Of a stretch of 64,000 nt of DNA, positions 47,489 through 63,841 are shown one piece after another. The position numbers and the translations under genes are program-made. Positions within the stretch are counted from its first letter, which is position 1. The number at the start of each line of letters is the position of its first letter. This stretch comes from Eledone cirrhosa (lineage: Eukaryota): NCBI GenBank assembly GCA_964016885.1, contig OZ024741.1:369768001-369832000 (forward strand), given 5' to 3'. The notes beneath the pieces are model-generated. The model did no database searches, had not been told where the DNA came from, and saw only the letters and a program-made list of their open reading frames with translations.

Positions 47489-50400
47489 ATAGCAGGAGAG
47501 TGAGGAAATAGTAATAATGGTAATAATATTAACGATAGACAGAACAACAATAACAACAAGCACAATAATAATAATAATAGAAACATTAACGACAGACACA
47601 GCAGCAGCGACCACAGTAGTAATAATGGTAATAATACAAGTAACAACAACAACAACCACAGTGGTAATAATAGAAATAATATATGTAGCAACATTAATGA
47701 CAGACACAACAACAACAAAAAACAAGAAACAATAAAAGTAACAACCACAATGGGAGAAATAACAGTAACAACAATAACGGTGGAGAAAACAACAACAATA
47801 CATCTAACAATCACAGCAACAATACATCTAGCAATCATAACAATAATAATAATGCTAATAATAGGAACAACAAACAACCACCATAATAACAATAATAGCA
47901 ACACACACAACTATGACGATAGATATAATGACAACCCCTTAGAGAAACTATTTTTCAACCCAGCTGACAAAACATATAAGATGGGTAATATCTATCCACG
48001 AGGTTACCCTTTAATAAAGGGGTTTGCATACCGCAACAATAGATGACGAGACAGAGGCACAGTTCACCATAGCTAGAAATAAGATTAGACAAATAGTATA
48101 TCGGTATACTAAGAGACAGAGCAGACCAGAGGTCCAACAACTTGGGAGGAAACCTGTAGAAGGCTTGGTTAGCCTCAAGCAGCGCACAAGGGATGGTGAG
48201 GTAGTGTGTCTACCCACAGATAAGTCTGGTAGGATGTCAATAGATAGCATGCCGAACTACATCGAGGCAATGCAACCCCACATCACCAACACGAGCGAAG
48301 TTGCACAACTAACACACGATGGGAGAGAAAAAATCCTCAACGCTCACATGATGATGTGGACTGACATCCTAAAGCCAAGCAGACGCACTGCCAAAAACTT
48401 CCAGGCGTCTAACAATGGCATACCACCCTTGTATGGGCTCCGCAAAGACCACAAGACAGTCGACGACCCAACAACAGGACCACCAGCAAGACCTCTATGC
48501 GGAGCAATATAGCTAGCAACTACAGGATCTCCTACTTCCTCTCAATGGTTATACGCCCCATAATAAAGATGTCCCTAAATGTATGTGACAGTACAGAGGA
48601 CCTCCTCAGCAGAATCAGTGAGTGCAACAAAAACAGGAACCTATCCAACTGCATAATAGACAGTATGGATGTGGTATCACTGTACCTATCCATTAACATT
48701 GATTTTGCTGTGGAAAAATGTGTGGAGATGATCATTGAGAGTGAGGTGGAGTTCTGCGACGTCGACACAGACGAACTGGGACTGCTACTTAGACTTACCT
48801 ATGACACTGACTACCTAGACAGCCATGACCTTAGACGTTTCTGCCCCAGTAGACCCATAAGAGGTAGACCCCCCCCCCACCATAACCTCAATGGCAAAAA
48901 AGACTCCCATGAGAAGGTGGATTGGGTGGACCAAAGCTATACGGACCCCCCAAAACAATGATCAGGTAAGAAAAATGGTCGTACATACAATAGGGGCTAG
49001 TATGAAAACTACCCTAAAGGGCCACATATTCAAATTCAACGAGAAGATCTACACCCAAAATGAGGGAGCAGCCATTGGCGTCACCATAGCTGGTGACGTT
49101 GCCAACCTTTTTATGGTATGGTGGGAAAGGAGACTCAAAGATCTCCTTGATGAGAGCTCCATAGATCTCATCATGTACTCTCGTTACGTAGACGACATCA
49201 ATATAGTAATAAGGACATCCCCACACGAGAGTACTAACAAGTTTGATTTAGAACGTAGCACAATGGAAAGCATCCAGCTAATTCCATACACCAGAGTATA
49301 ACTGTAACTATCGACTACCCTTCCAAACACCCTAACAATAGACTACCTGTATTAGACACGGAACTCTGGATTAACACTATAGACGAGAGAGCCCAAATTC
49401 TCCACTCACACTATGCTAAACCCATGGCCTCCAAATACCTGATACTCAAAAACTCAACAATGCACAGTAGTGCTAAGTTTAATATTCTGATCGCAGACTT
49501 AGTACGAGTGATGAAGAACGTGTCCGCATGTGCGACCCAACAGAAATGGAAAGACACATCCAACACTTCATCAACCGCATGCAGTTCTCTGGCTACAACC
49601 AAAGAGACAGAATCAGAGTATACGAAGGAGCCACGGAGAAGTATAAGACCCTCATAGAACTGGACATGAAAGGAATTTGCCCATTATACAGGAGCAAATC
49701 ATGGAATACCTTAGATAGGACTAGACATAAGATAGGGAAAGCCACCTCATGGTACGACAACCAGAGATACCAGAGTGTCATGTTTGTGGACATGTCTGTT
49801 TCCCTGGAGGGAAATTAGTTAACCAGTGTAGAAAGGCCCTGAGAAAGATCCACTTAAAGATTAAGGTGGTAGAAAAGCCAGGAACCACCATAAAATCCCT
49901 GATCAGCAAAACCTACCCTTTTAAGAAAACCCACTGTACTAATAGGAAATGTATCATATGTAAAGTAAACCCCCGGATAAACTGTAAAACTAGAAACGTA
50001 GTCTATAGCATAAGATGTACAGAGGGTACTTGCAGAAACATGACAACAACATACATAGGCGAGACAGCTCGTAGCATAGGTGAAAGGATAGACCAACACT
50101 GGGGGGGAACTAAAAGGACGAAAAAACGGTTCAGTACTATACGAACATGCCAGACAACAACACGACGGTAACATAGACAACATAGAAATTAGAATAATAT
50201 CTAAACATAGAAATGACCCAGCAGATAGGCAAATCAGAGAGGCCAGCGAAATAGAACTTAGAAGGCCAAGGCTAAACAGAAAAAATGAATGGAATAGCAA
50301 CAACACCCAAACAAACAACACTGACCTAAGAGAAGTATAAATAAATAAATAAATACATACACAAGCACAATAACAACAAACACATAAACACACACTAGTA

Positions 50401-50805
50401 AACTAAGATAGAATACAATAACCAATACACAGTCACCCAAACACGAACACACATCAAACAAAACACTATACACACACGCAAACGCATGCGCAGAGAAGAC
50501 AAAAAAAAAAAAACAGACTAAATAAAGATGGCGTAGGCATACAATACAACGGGAGGAAACATAATAGCACCACTGACGATGTTGCAGATGTGCAACGAAA
50601 GAACTTTGTTAGAATATATATATGTGTTTGTGTCTATATTGTATCTGTATTTTTGACCGTTGGTCGGTGAATGGCAACATTGAGGACCGAATAAATTAAA
50701 TTAACCGATATAAAAGACACAGAAGCGAAAACCAACCAAACAGTGGGTGTGTTCTGTTATTAATTCTGGCAATATTATTACACAAATATGACCCTCCCCA
50801 AGTAT
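47489..50805 (+). mobile_element. PLE family B (relative of family A), frameshifted; 5' end lost in the gap
   Basis: TDKSGRMS, LYGLRKDHK, DVVSLY, GAAIGVTIAGDVAN, YSRYVDD, VVYSIRC..YIGETARS. pLTR with HHR CTGACGA (50573)..GAAA (50597). Ends ccccaagta|tatata. Confidence 0.9.
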
Positions 50806-51026
50806 ATATATATATATATTAGTAAAAAGGAAAAGAAAATGCTGACAAATTTTTCCCAGTAAAAAATAGTTTAATTAGGAATAAGTATAAATTAGTAATA
50901 AATATTAGTTAATATTCAGTTTTAGTTTATAAGTTTTTACCGGTTGCGCATTTGTTAAAAATAGTTTTGAGATAGAGTGCTCGTGATGTTTGCTAGGCAA
51001 TTGTATGGTTATGTACTGTGTGTGTA

Positions 51027-51146
<120 letters not shown>

Positions 51147-51326
51147 ATAAATAACCATACAATTGTCTGTGTGTAAATAAATAATATACATATATATCCA
51201 CATGCGCACGCGTGTGTGTGTATAAATAATGAGACAGCTCAGTACGAAAGACGCCGCTCCGTTGATAGCCAAGAAAGACAGTGCACCTGTTTTTAATACA
51301 TTCCTCACTAATACAACGATTAAACT

Positions 51327-52350
51327 GGGTGGAGGGGAGTGTTGTGGAGGGCGTGTGTTCAGTGGAGTGGTATGTGTGGAGGAGGGTTGTTCTGTGTGGA
51401 GGGGGGTGTGTGTGGAGGAGGGTTGTTTTTTGTGGAGGGGTGTTGTATGTATGTGGAGGAGGGTTGTTTTGTGTGGAGGGGGTGTTGTATGTGTGTGGAG
51501 GAGGGTTGTTCTGTGTGGAGGGGTGGTGTGTGTGGAGGAGGGTTGTTCTGTGTGGAGGGGTGTTGTATGTATGTGGAGGAGGGTTGTTCTGTGTGGAGGG
51601 GTGTTGTATGTGTGTGGAGGAGGGTTGTTCTGTGTGGAGGGGTGTTGTATGTATGTGGAGGAGGGTTGTTCTGTGTGGAGGGGTGTTGTATGTATGTGGA
51701 GGAGGGTTGTTCTGTGTGGAGGGGTGTTGTACGTATGTGGAGGAGGGTTGTTCTGTGTGGAGGGGTGTTGTATGTATGTGGAGGAGGGTTGTTCTGTGTG
51801 GAGGAGTGTTGTACGTATGTGGAGGAGGGTTGTTCTGTGTGGAGGGGTGTTGTACGTATGTGGAGGAGGGTTGTTCTGTGTGGAGGGGTGTTGTATGTGT
51901 GTGGAGGAGGGTTGTTCTGTGTGGAGGGGTGTTGTACGTATGTGGAGGAGGGTTGTTCTGTGTGGAGGGGTGTTGTATGTATGTGGAGGAGGGTTGTTCT
52001 GTGTGGAGGGGTGTTGTATGTATGTGGAGGAGGGTTGTTCTGTGTGGAGGGGTGTTGTATGTATGTGGAGGAGGGTTGTTCTGTGTGGAGGGGTGTTGTA
52101 TGTGTGTGGAGGAGGGTTGTTCTGTGTGGAGGGGTGTTGTATGTGTGTGGAGGAGGGTTGTTCTGTGTGGAGGGGTGTTGTATGTATGTGGAGGAGGGTT
52201 GTTCTGTGTGGAGGGGTGTTGTATGTATGTGGAGGAGGGTTGTTCTGTGTGGAGGGGTGTTGTATGTATGTGGAGGAGGGTTGTTCTGTGTGGAGGGGTG
52301 TTGTATGTATGTGGAGGAGGGTTGTTCTGTGTGGAGGGGTGTTGTATGTG
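51327..52350. repeat. 41-bp G-rich minisatellite, ~25 copies
   Basis: (GTGGAGGAGGGTTGTTCTGTGTGGAGGGGTGTTGTATGTAT)n; period confirmed at 51601/51642. Confidence 0.95.
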
Positions 52351-52399
52351 TAGAGAGGCGGGAATGTTTCGATGTGGCTTCCTGTGATGGTGACGATTT

Positions 52400-53280
52400 A
52401 TAGTTTGTTGTAGTTTTTGTTGTTGTAGTTGTTGTTGTTATTGTTGTTGTTGTTGTAATTCCTAGTTATTGTAGTTTCTAATGTAACGTTTAAAGTATAT
52501 GAGTGAATGTATGTGTGTGTTTGAACGTGTGTGTGAATGCGTGTGTTTGAATGCGTGTGTGTGTGAATGCTTATGTGTGAATGCGTGTGTGTATGTGTGA
52601 GTGTAAGTGTGTGTATGAGTGTGAGTGTGTGTGTGTACGCGTGAGGATATGTGTATGTGTGAGTATGTGTATGTGAGAGTGTGTATGTGTGAGAGAGTAT
52701 GTGTGTGTGCACGCGTGAGGATGTGTGTATGTGAATGTGTGTGCGGCTGTCTGTGTGTGTGTGCGTGTTTGAGTCTGGATGCATGTGTGAGGATGTATGT
52801 ATGCGTGAGTGTGTGTATGTGTCTGTGTATAAGTGAGTGTTTGTATATGTGAGTATGTGTTTGTATGTGCGGATGTGTGAGTGTGTATGCGTGAGGATGT
52901 GTGTATGTGCGAGTGTCTATGTGTGTGTGTGTTTGAGTGTGGGTGCATGTGTGAGGATGTGTGTATGTGTGAGTGTGCGTATGTGTCTGTGTATAAGTGA
53001 GTGTGTGTATATGTATGTGTGAGTGTGCGTATGTGTCTGTGTATAAGTGAGTGTGTGTATATGTATGTGTTTGTATGTGAGGAACGTGAGTGTGTGTGTA
53101 TATTTGCGTGTCTATGTGTATGTGTGAGTAGGTGTATGTGCGAGTGTGTGTGTGTTTGAGTGTGGGTGCATTTGTGAGAATGTGTGTATGTGTGAGTGTG
53201 TGTATGTGTCTGGTATAAGCGAGTGTGTGTATACGTGAGTATGTATGTATATGTGTGAGCGTGTATGTATGTGTGTGTTG
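52400..53280. repeat. (TTG)n then degenerate (TG)n low-complexity tract
   Basis: Direct reading. Confidence 0.9.
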
Positions 53281-53289
53281 ACTGCACTG

Positions 53290-53529
53290 AGGGTGGCGGC
53301 TTATTGTCGAATTGCTGTAAGTATTGCGAATTGGCAGAATCGGTAGAGGGTCGGATGCTATGATTTGCAGCAAATCCCGCCGAGGTTAACTTTGTCTTTC
53401 ATCTTTACAGGGTCGATAAAATAAAGTACCAGTAATGCACTGAGGTAATTGCTGGTCATGTACCAAAAGTATAAACAATTATTGTTATACTTCCTAGTTG
53501 TAATCATTAATACTGATTTAATTTCTAGC

Positions 53530-53560
<31 letters not shown>

Positions 53561-54392
53561 GGTGATGGTGGTGGTGGTGGTGGTGGTGATGGTGGTGGTG
53601 GTGGTATTATTGTAACTCATAGATGATGTTGTAGTGTTGTTATTTTGATTGTTGTTAGGGCGGTGGATGACAGTATCGTTAAAGGGCCAGACGCCATGCT
53701 TTGCAGCATCGAGTTATAGCTCTTTAGGATCAAATCCCGCCGAGGTTAACTTTGCCTTTCAGCCTTAAAGTACCAGTGACGCACTGGTACTTTCCCTCCC
53801 CCCAAATTATTGGCTTGTGCCTATACTAGATATCGTTATTTTAATTGTTGTTAAGGCGGTGGATGGCCAGAATCGATAGAGCGTTGGACAACATGCTTTG
53901 CCACATAAAGTTACGGGTTGAAATCCCGCCGGGGTTAGCTTTACCTTTCACAGTTACGGGGTCGATAAATACAGTACCAGTAACATACTAGGGTTGATTT
54001 AAGCGACTCCCCACCTTCAAATTGTTGGCCTTGTACCTAAAGTAGAAACAATTATTTAAATTGTTGTTAAGGCGGTGGATTGGCAGTGTTGATGGAGCGG
54101 TGGACAGCATGCCTTGCCGTATAGAGTTAGGGTTATTTACGTTCTGAGTTCAAATCTCGCCGAGGTTAACTTCCTCTTTCATCCTTACGGGGTCGATAAA
54201 ATAAAGTACCAGTCACGCACTGGCGTCGAGGGTCGGACGCCATACTTTGCAGCAAAGAGTTACGACCCTTTATGGTCTGAGTTCAAATCCCGCCGAGGTT
54301 AACTTTGCCTTTCATCCTTACGGGGTCGAAAAATAAAGTACCAGTAATACACTGGGATAATTTCTGGCCTTGTGCCTAAAGTAGAATCAATT
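53290..54392 (+). mobile_element. Head-to-tail cluster of ~5 tRNA-derived SINE copies
   Basis: Units ggcggtggat.ggcag...aaatcccgccgaggttaactttgcctttcatcc...gtcgataaaataaagtaccagt start near 53290, 53658, 53854, 54070 and 54225. Confidence 0.8.
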
Positions 54393-54488
54393 ATACAAAA
54401 CAGTCTATTTTAAAGTGTTTATATTTAATATAAAAACCTTTATTATGTTATGCTCCAAACACTGCATTAATAGCGGGAAAGTTAATTA

Positions 54489-54656
54489 CCGTATTTCCCG
54501 GCGTCGAAGACGTTACCTTTTTCCCTAAAATAAGTCTCAAAAATCTATCATGCGTCCTGGAGGCCGAATGTTGTTTATTATTTTTTTCAAACTTTTGGTT
54601 GTCAAAATTAGGGTGCATCCTCGAGGACGAAGCGTCTTCGGCGCCGGGAAATACGG
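54489..54656. mobile_element. Tc1/mariner-pogo-type MITE with TA target duplication
   Basis: ta|ccgtatttcccggcgtcgaagacg ... cgtcttcggcgccgggaaatacgg|ta. Confidence 0.88.
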
Positions 54657-54734
54657 TATATTACTAAATCACCCGAAATACTTGATTATTTTCTACATCA
54701 TTTAAAAACCTTAAGCAGTGTCTTTCATGAGAAA

Positions 54735-54904
54735 CAGTGCCAGATTTAGGACACATGAGGCCCTGTGTTAGTTACGTTATGAGGCCCCTTACGAGGGTCC
54801 TGAACGAGGTAAAACATGTTTTTGGTAGAAAGATGCCCCCACCACCATGGCCAACGGGGCCTCATAACTAAGCACATCTAAGCACAATGGTAAATCCGGT
54901 ACTG
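54735..54904. mobile_element. hAT-type MITE with 8-bp TSD ATGAGAAA
   Basis: atgagaaa|cagtgccagattta ... taaatccggtactg|atgagaaa. Confidence 0.88.
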
Positions 54905-55203
54905 ATGAGAAATATGGTTAAGGTATTTTTTATATTCATCTAAAATCATTCTATAATAATTTTATGTAAGAACCTTTGTTACATTATGTTCCAAGCACGA
55001 GTTTAATAACGAGGAAGTATCTTTCATTAGAAATAAGGGTTAAACACGATGTAACTTAACAACCAGAACCACAACAAGCACTCACCCGTGTTTTTATTCA
55101 TTGTAAATCATTCTAACGATCTCCAGATATATGGAGAACGTTGAACATTAAGTAATGACGTATATACATCTAACAAACGCACGCACACAAACACATACAC
55201 ACA

Positions 55204-55268
<65 letters not shown>

Positions 55269-55368
55269 CACCCATATATATTCAATGCTTCATATTGTTA
55301 TACATAATAATTATATTTCATGAGATATGTTCATCAATATATGAATTATACAAGTGCAAGTACAATCA

Positions 55369-55466
<98 letters not shown>

Positions 55467-55563
55467 AAATGAAATTGCTGCACACTATTATATATAGCAA
55501 TATTTATGATATTATATTGAATATCTGATTTCATTACTATTTGTATATATCATACATTTCATA

Positions 55564-55623
<60 letters not shown>

Positions 55624-55639
55624 TATATATATATGTGCA

Positions 55640-55750
<111 letters not shown>

Positions 55751-56161
55751 GTGTGTATATGTGTGCGTATGTATGTGTCTGTCTATGTCTAATGTAAATA
55801 CAGAATCATATGTGTACACATATTTACATATGTATATATGTAAGTAATAGTGGGCAAAATTGGATAGACATAGAAAGCAGTGAAAATTTATTATAATTAC
55901 TCAATAATTTGAAAAGGAATCTGGTTGATAGGTTATTCATAATAAATGACACACAATGGAGGTGGTGTGGAGTGAGGTGGGGGAAGAAGGACATGAGAGA
56001 GCGATAGATACAGACCTCCCCCTCCTCCTCCTCCTCCTCCTCCCCCTCCTCCTATTTCTGTTCGCGTGAGTGATCCATGATGGTTGATATATCTTATCTA
56101 CATAGTGTTAATAGATGACGGGGTAGGGTAGCAGCGAGAGAGAGAGAGAGAGAAAGTGAGT

Positions 56162-56206
<45 letters not shown>

Positions 56207-56639
56207 AGAGAGAGAGAGAGAGAGAGAGAATGTGTGGTGGAGTAAAGACGGAAAGAGAGAGTATGGGAGAAGGGGAAATATATCGAGAAAGAGAGAAAGA
56301 GAGAGAGGGGGGATGAGTAGTGGAATAAAGACGGAAAGAGAGAGTATGGGAGAAGGGGAAAATATATCGAGAAAGAGAGAGAGAGAAAAGAGAGAGAGAG
56401 AAAAGAGAGAGAGAGAGTGACAGGGAGCAAGGGATGGAGAGGGAGGAGGCGAGTGAGAGAGGATTGTGTTACATGATAGAAAATGACAATAGTTAACGCT
56501 TAAAGATCGGATTTTAAACTATCGTAAAGTCGGTACCCCGACATCTTATTAAACTGCGAATATAGAATTGGAAAAAATACAAAAGACACATTTATTTATA
56601 ATTTAAAAAAGGGTAATTATTTACATTTACGACATGTAA

Positions 56640-56683
<44 letters not shown>

Positions 56684-57349
56684 CTGCGAATATCTGTTTC
56701 TCTCTTTCTCTCTTACTGCTCCCCTGTTCTCTCTGTTTCTCTTACCTTCTTTCGTCCCCTCTGTCAGTTAACACTTTCTCTCGACTGACCTCCTCCTCGC
56801 ACTTCCACTCACTCACTCTCTGTTTCTCCCCTTCTCACTTCCTCCCGTTCGCTAGGAGAGGGATTCTTTCTTTCTCACATCCCCTTCACAGCGAAAGGTC
56901 TGTTTCCTGAGCGCTCATGATATTCACCCAGATTATGCTGATCCGATAACCATGTTGCTTGTTTTTCTTCCCATCTTCGGTTTGCTTTTCCTCCAATGTT
57001 GTTTACTTGTCTCACTCGCTTTACGCGTTTCACTTGTCCCAATAGCTTATTTTAGTTATTGCTCGCACCAACCTGAGGTATATGATTTTTAATGCGATGA
57101 AATACCAATGATCGTTGGCAAATCACTGATGAGGGACTAATTTTATAATATGTATTCCATGTGCAACCATGCAGTATTCTTCTCCCCATGTTTTTCATAT
57201 ATATATATATATATATATATATGTAGATAAATCTACCAAAATATACAGTAGTGTCCAATCCATATGAAGAACTCAATGTAATCCAAATATCATGAAGAGA
57301 GAAGATGCATTCAAACATTTTCGATATAAATCATAGGAAAAATCATATG

Positions 57350-57383
<34 letters not shown>

Positions 57384-57385
<2 letters not shown>

Positions 57386-57666
57386 ATGGTAGCTTAGATG
57401 CTTCCATAGGTGGTATGCCGGTTGAGCACTCTATGCTCTTGCAGAACAGAGTATGATATAATATAAAACGAAAAATCAGTGATGTATCTGAACTCAATTT
57501 ATTGTGTGTTACAGTTGTTTCACCGGCGGACAGCTCGAGACACGATCATTGTGTGGATCTGTCTGATTCTGGATTCGCAGGTTCGACGGATACGTCTAAT
57601 GATTTCGGAGCAAATTTTCTCATTGTAACACACAATAAATTGAGTTCAGATGCATCACTGATTTTT

Positions 57667-57714
<48 letters not shown>

Positions 57715-57844
57715 CTGGTGGTAGCTAAGAGCTTCCATAGGCGGTATGCCGGTTGAGCACTCTATGCTCTTACAGAGCAGAGTATGATAGAATAAAAAAC
57801 GAAAAATCAGTGATGCATCTGAACTCAATTTATTGTGTGTTACA

Positions 57845-57845
<1 letters not shown>
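57384..57845. mobile_element. Fold-back element (arms ~57463-57513 / 57624-57675) plus a direct partial copy at 57712-57845
   Basis: aaaaatcagtgatg.atctgaactcaatttattgtgtgttaca occurs three times, once inverted. It shares atcagtgatgcat...caatttatt with element I. Confidence 0.8.
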
Positions 57846-57924
<79 letters not shown>

Positions 57925-58035
57925 ATACACACGGTGAAAGCTTCTATTTATATGTCAAACTCGCTCGCTGTTTCAAAACAAACTTACTTGTCATTATACT
58001 TGCTATGAATATATAGGCTCTAATTTGAATGGAAA

Positions 58036-58103
58036 GTGTTGGTGTAATGGTAGCATAGTGGTCTGGATAACCAAAGATGTGGTTTCGACTCCCATGTACA
58101 TCA
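58036..58103 (+). pseudogene. tRNA-like sequence (pseudogene or SINE head)
   Basis: A-box-like tggtgtaatggtagcat and T-arm-like ggtttcgactccc; acceptor and anticodon arms imperfect. Confidence 0.4.
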
Positions 58104-58202
58104 ATACCCATCTTTTCCCATTTCTTAGAAGGTTCTAAACTCCACTGTCAGGCTAAAATTTCTCAATCAAAGAATACGACGAAAGCTTCTATTTTTCTAT
58201 TC

Positions 58203-58236
<34 letters not shown>

Positions 58237-58239
58237 CGA

Positions 58240-60583
58240 CTCAATAACCAGAAATAGAAGCAAGAACAAATTCCTCAATCAATTCTGCGAACACATTACC
58301 AATTAACCATACCATCACCTACACAGACATAAACACAAACCAAACCTCAACAAAAAAGAATGGAATGGTCTTAACAGTTTAAAGAACGATAAAACCCTAA
58401 CAATCAAAGAGGCGGATAAAGGGAGTGCAGTAGTCCTTATGAAGACAGAATACTACACAACCCTAGTACTCCCAACTCTAGAAAATGAAACATACTACGT
58501 AAAGGCTCAACACTACAGCCAACAGAAAATAATGAGAAACCTAAAATCTCTAACAACCCTTTACAAGAGTACAAGGAGTACAACTATATCATTAACTTCA
58601 AAAGCAGAACCAGCCTTTTCTACGGTATCCCAGAGATACACAAAAGCGAAGAAATAGGCAGGGCCTGCAAGGAAGCCACAGACATTTTCATCAATATCCC
58701 TTCTCCTAATGATCTCAAATTAAGACCCATAATAGCAGGTACCACTTGTGAAACCCACCGCCTAAGCAACTTCCTAGATATACTGCTTAAACCATTCCTG
58801 AAACACATTAAAAGCTACATAAGGGACTACCTGGATATGCTCAACCACCTCCCAATAACACTTAATAATGAACATACTCTACTACTATTCTTTGATGTAA
58901 TCAATCTTTATTCCAATATCCCACACAACCTAGGTATAGAAGCAATCCAATTCTGGCTTGAAAATTACCCCAATGAACTTCCACAGCGCATCCCTAAAGA
59001 ATTTGTGATGGGGGGCCTCAAATTCATCTTTGAGAATAACTACCTCGAATTTGATGCCAAATACTACAGACAGAAATCTGGGACTGCCATGGGCACGAAA
59101 GTAGCCCCCTCATACGCCAACCTTGTCATGGGATATCTGGAAACCACTCTCTACCGAAAATACGGAAATCCCTTCTACCTACACATAGAAAAAAAACGGG
59201 AAGAGATATCTGGACGACTGCTTCATCCTCTGGCATGAAAGTATAGAAAGACTTATTGAGTTTAAAACACTTCTAAATGGAATCAACACAAACATTCAAT
59301 TTACAATGGAATACAGCCATGAACAACTCCCTTTCCTTGACATCCTCATCAAGAAAAACAAACAACAAAATAGTAACAGACATATACTATAAACCCACAG
59401 ACTCCAAACAATATCTTCCCTTTAATTCGTGCCAAAACAGAAAACTCTACCATACATCTCACCCCCCCCCCCTCAATAATGAGGCATTCGACACCATCCT
59501 CCAGAACATTCCTTTACTAAAAAGAGACCCAAGAAGGAATAAAATCCTCCAAACACACAACATCATAAAGAGCAAAAGACAACCTAAATCCATAAAAAAA
59601 CATCCTCACACAAGCCAAAATCCAACCGACACTCACAAAGAACCCTACAGTAAAATAATGCGGAAGACCCAACTGTGGTATATGCATAAACCTAATAGAA
59701 GTTTCAACATTCCACTTTAAACAAGGACAACATTTCACAGTTAAATACAACTTTACATGTGCATCTGAAAACCTAATCTATGTTTTGACCTGCTCAGGTT
59801 GTCGAGAGCACTACACAGGACAGATAAAAAACAGCCTCCAACAACGTATGACCGTCCATAAATCACAAATCAAAATACAGGAATACAGAAAGATTGCTCT
59901 TAGTGAACATATCGCCAACGGTGCACCTGACCAACTACCAAACTTTAGAATTTTCCGCATTTACAAATTCATAGACAACACTCCTTTCATCCAACGTACT
60001 AATAAGGAAACGTACTTCATTAACAAACTCCAACCCCTTCTAAATGGACTAAACTTCGGACTAAACTAAAACTAGAATGAACAGTGAACCCTAGAGTCAC
60101 CCATAAGAAACGATTTTACTTCTATTTCTACGCTACCCATATCTCAAATTTCTGCGTTCTCTAAGGAATTACCCCCCCCCCCCTGAATTACCCCTCCCCT
60201 GCATATTAATTCTCTAAAAAGGGAAAGCACATCCAGTTCCGGACGGCCATTTGCCTAAAAACAATGTTTGAACTGCTTGTCTTCAAAAACCATGTTTGTA
60301 AATAATATTATTCTTTCTTTCCCATTACCTCTAACATGTTTAACATCGCCTTAATTTCTCTTCTACATTTTGTACAAACACAAATTCCTTTTTTTTTTCT
60401 CCCACTCACATAATTTGAAAATGCATAAAATGCTGAAACCGGTAATTGTTAATTATTAAATAAATAAATAAATAAATTAATACTTTGACACTTCACAGAA
60501 AGTAAAATAATTTGTTTTAAACATTTTCTAACCCCGAAAAAGCAAAAAATAAGGGGAACATTTTTTTTTTCTTCCTAATAATC

Positions 60584-60590
<7 letters not shown>
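58240..60590 (+). pseudogene. Degenerate Neptune-like PLE (RT, GIY-YIG, pLTR with U3-A8 HHR)
   Basis: [45 protein letters not shown], many frameshifts. HHR at 60410-60449. Confidence 0.88.
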
Positions 60591-60654
<64 letters not shown>

Positions 60655-60655
<1 letters not shown>

Positions 60656-60860
60656 TAAAACATGTCTATAGAATCACTAGATAAAATATATACCGTTTCC
60701 TCTCCAAATTAGCATAATTAACCATATAAAAAATCAATTAGACCAAGCTATAAGAATAAAGGCTCCTATGAAGAAATCTCCGACAAATAACCGAAAGCAG
60801 CCCCTTCGCGGCGGTTACGTCGGAGTATTTATCGAATATTTCGACAGCATGTATAAATCG
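60655..60860. mobile_element. Family F partial copy
   Basis: agcataattaacca..aaaaaatcaattagacca.gctataagaataaaggctcctatgaagaaa matches 18660-18730. Confidence 0.75.
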
Positions 60861-61422
60861 ACCAAGCTGGGACATTTTGGGTGGCATATCGGCAGTAACA
60901 ATGACGATAAGCCGTCTGTGCTTTCGTGAAATAAATAGGTTTGTTTATATTTTGTTTTTGTGTATGCAAAAATATCTGCACACGAATATATATCTTAAAA
61001 TAACAGATTAAAATTTAAGCAAAGACTCGCTGCTTTCACCCTTAACGGGATATTCTGAAACTAAAAAAATCAATCTGTGAACGCAGAAGTAAATATTTCG
61101 AAAAAAGTTATCTAATGCAGACAGCCAGACATACAGAGACATATTATAAGGGCGCGACGTTATAGCTATGTATTTATCTAAAAAGACAGACTAAAAAAGA
61201 GTGAGGAATGTCGTATAACCGGAAGTGTTGACATTTGAAATTTTAAACGAGTATTTAAATAATATCTTTAATCTTTTAACAAAATTCAGTAGACAGAAAT
61301 AACCTCACTTGTTTACTTGGAAAAAGTGACATCTATGGTGCAAATTTTGTGCTGTTTGGTCCAGCCGTTTGGCGAAAAGTTTGTTACATACATACGGCAG
61401 TCAGCTTTATATTATATATATA

Positions 61423-62703
<1,281 letters not shown>

Positions 62704-63138
62704 ATCAAGATTTAGCAAATAAGAAAACGTTTTAAAATAAATTTAAAAAAATTCACTGTACCTGCTATGGTTACCTTTACCGTACGGTTTCGAGTCTCAA
62801 AAATAAATGGACAGTCCTTACGGGCCTCCATTGAAAAGAAACACTCTCGTCAGAAGGTTCTTTTCACTCGGAGAATATAAAATTCCCGAGTTCGAATTAC
62901 GAACTGGCGCTATTCAAAATTGTTCCCGAGATGAGAATGAATGATGTAGAAGCAATTCTGTCCAGTGCCGTGTGCAAAGATAGAAGGCAGAGGTGGAGAG
63001 GTCAATCTACTACCACTATAAATAGCAGTAGTCAAAACGACCAAATGTTCGTATATCATAGGTAAGTATACAATCCAATCCAAGAAGAGAGTGTAAAGAT
63101 TAGTTTGTGAAAATTAAATGCCAGAAGCAAAGAGAGTA

Positions 63139-63296
<158 letters not shown>

Positions 63297-63754
63297 ATAT
63301 ATTAGATGAGATTATTATATTAATCGAAACCGGTTAAATACAACAATTATTTAAAAAGTTTAATGCAACAATTATAAAGTTATTCATTCTGTCGTATTAA
63401 AGAAAAAATAATCTTTAAATATACTTCTGTGCTTTTTCAACTTTACCTTTTAACTATATATATAATATAAGATCAAAAGATGGTTAAAAGAGTTCCAAGT
63501 ATTTTATTATGCGCATTTCAAAAACAAATATCATCATGGGATGATATCTGCGTTCTCATCAGATAAAATAGGGAGACATGATATGAAGCTTAAAAAACAC
63601 TTGTGAATAGTGAAGTTTTAAATCAACATATCAACATATTTGTTTTTGAAATGCGTATAATAAAATACTTGGAAATCTTTTAACCATCTTTTGATCTTAT
63701 ATTATTTATACTCCAGTCCTACAAACTGTAGAGTGTTACTTATCCGATATTTGC

Positions 63755-63789
63755 ATTGCTTTATTGTGCTACAATAAAACTCACCTCCT

Positions 63790-63841
<52 letters not shown>

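Noticed and set aside
51229-52403. Three ~360-aa Cys/Gly/Val ORFs
   Set aside because: A 41-bp repeat open in all three frames.
60860-61420. Helentron/DINE-like end motif
   Set aside because: Only a vague resemblance; subterminal repeats could not be delineated.
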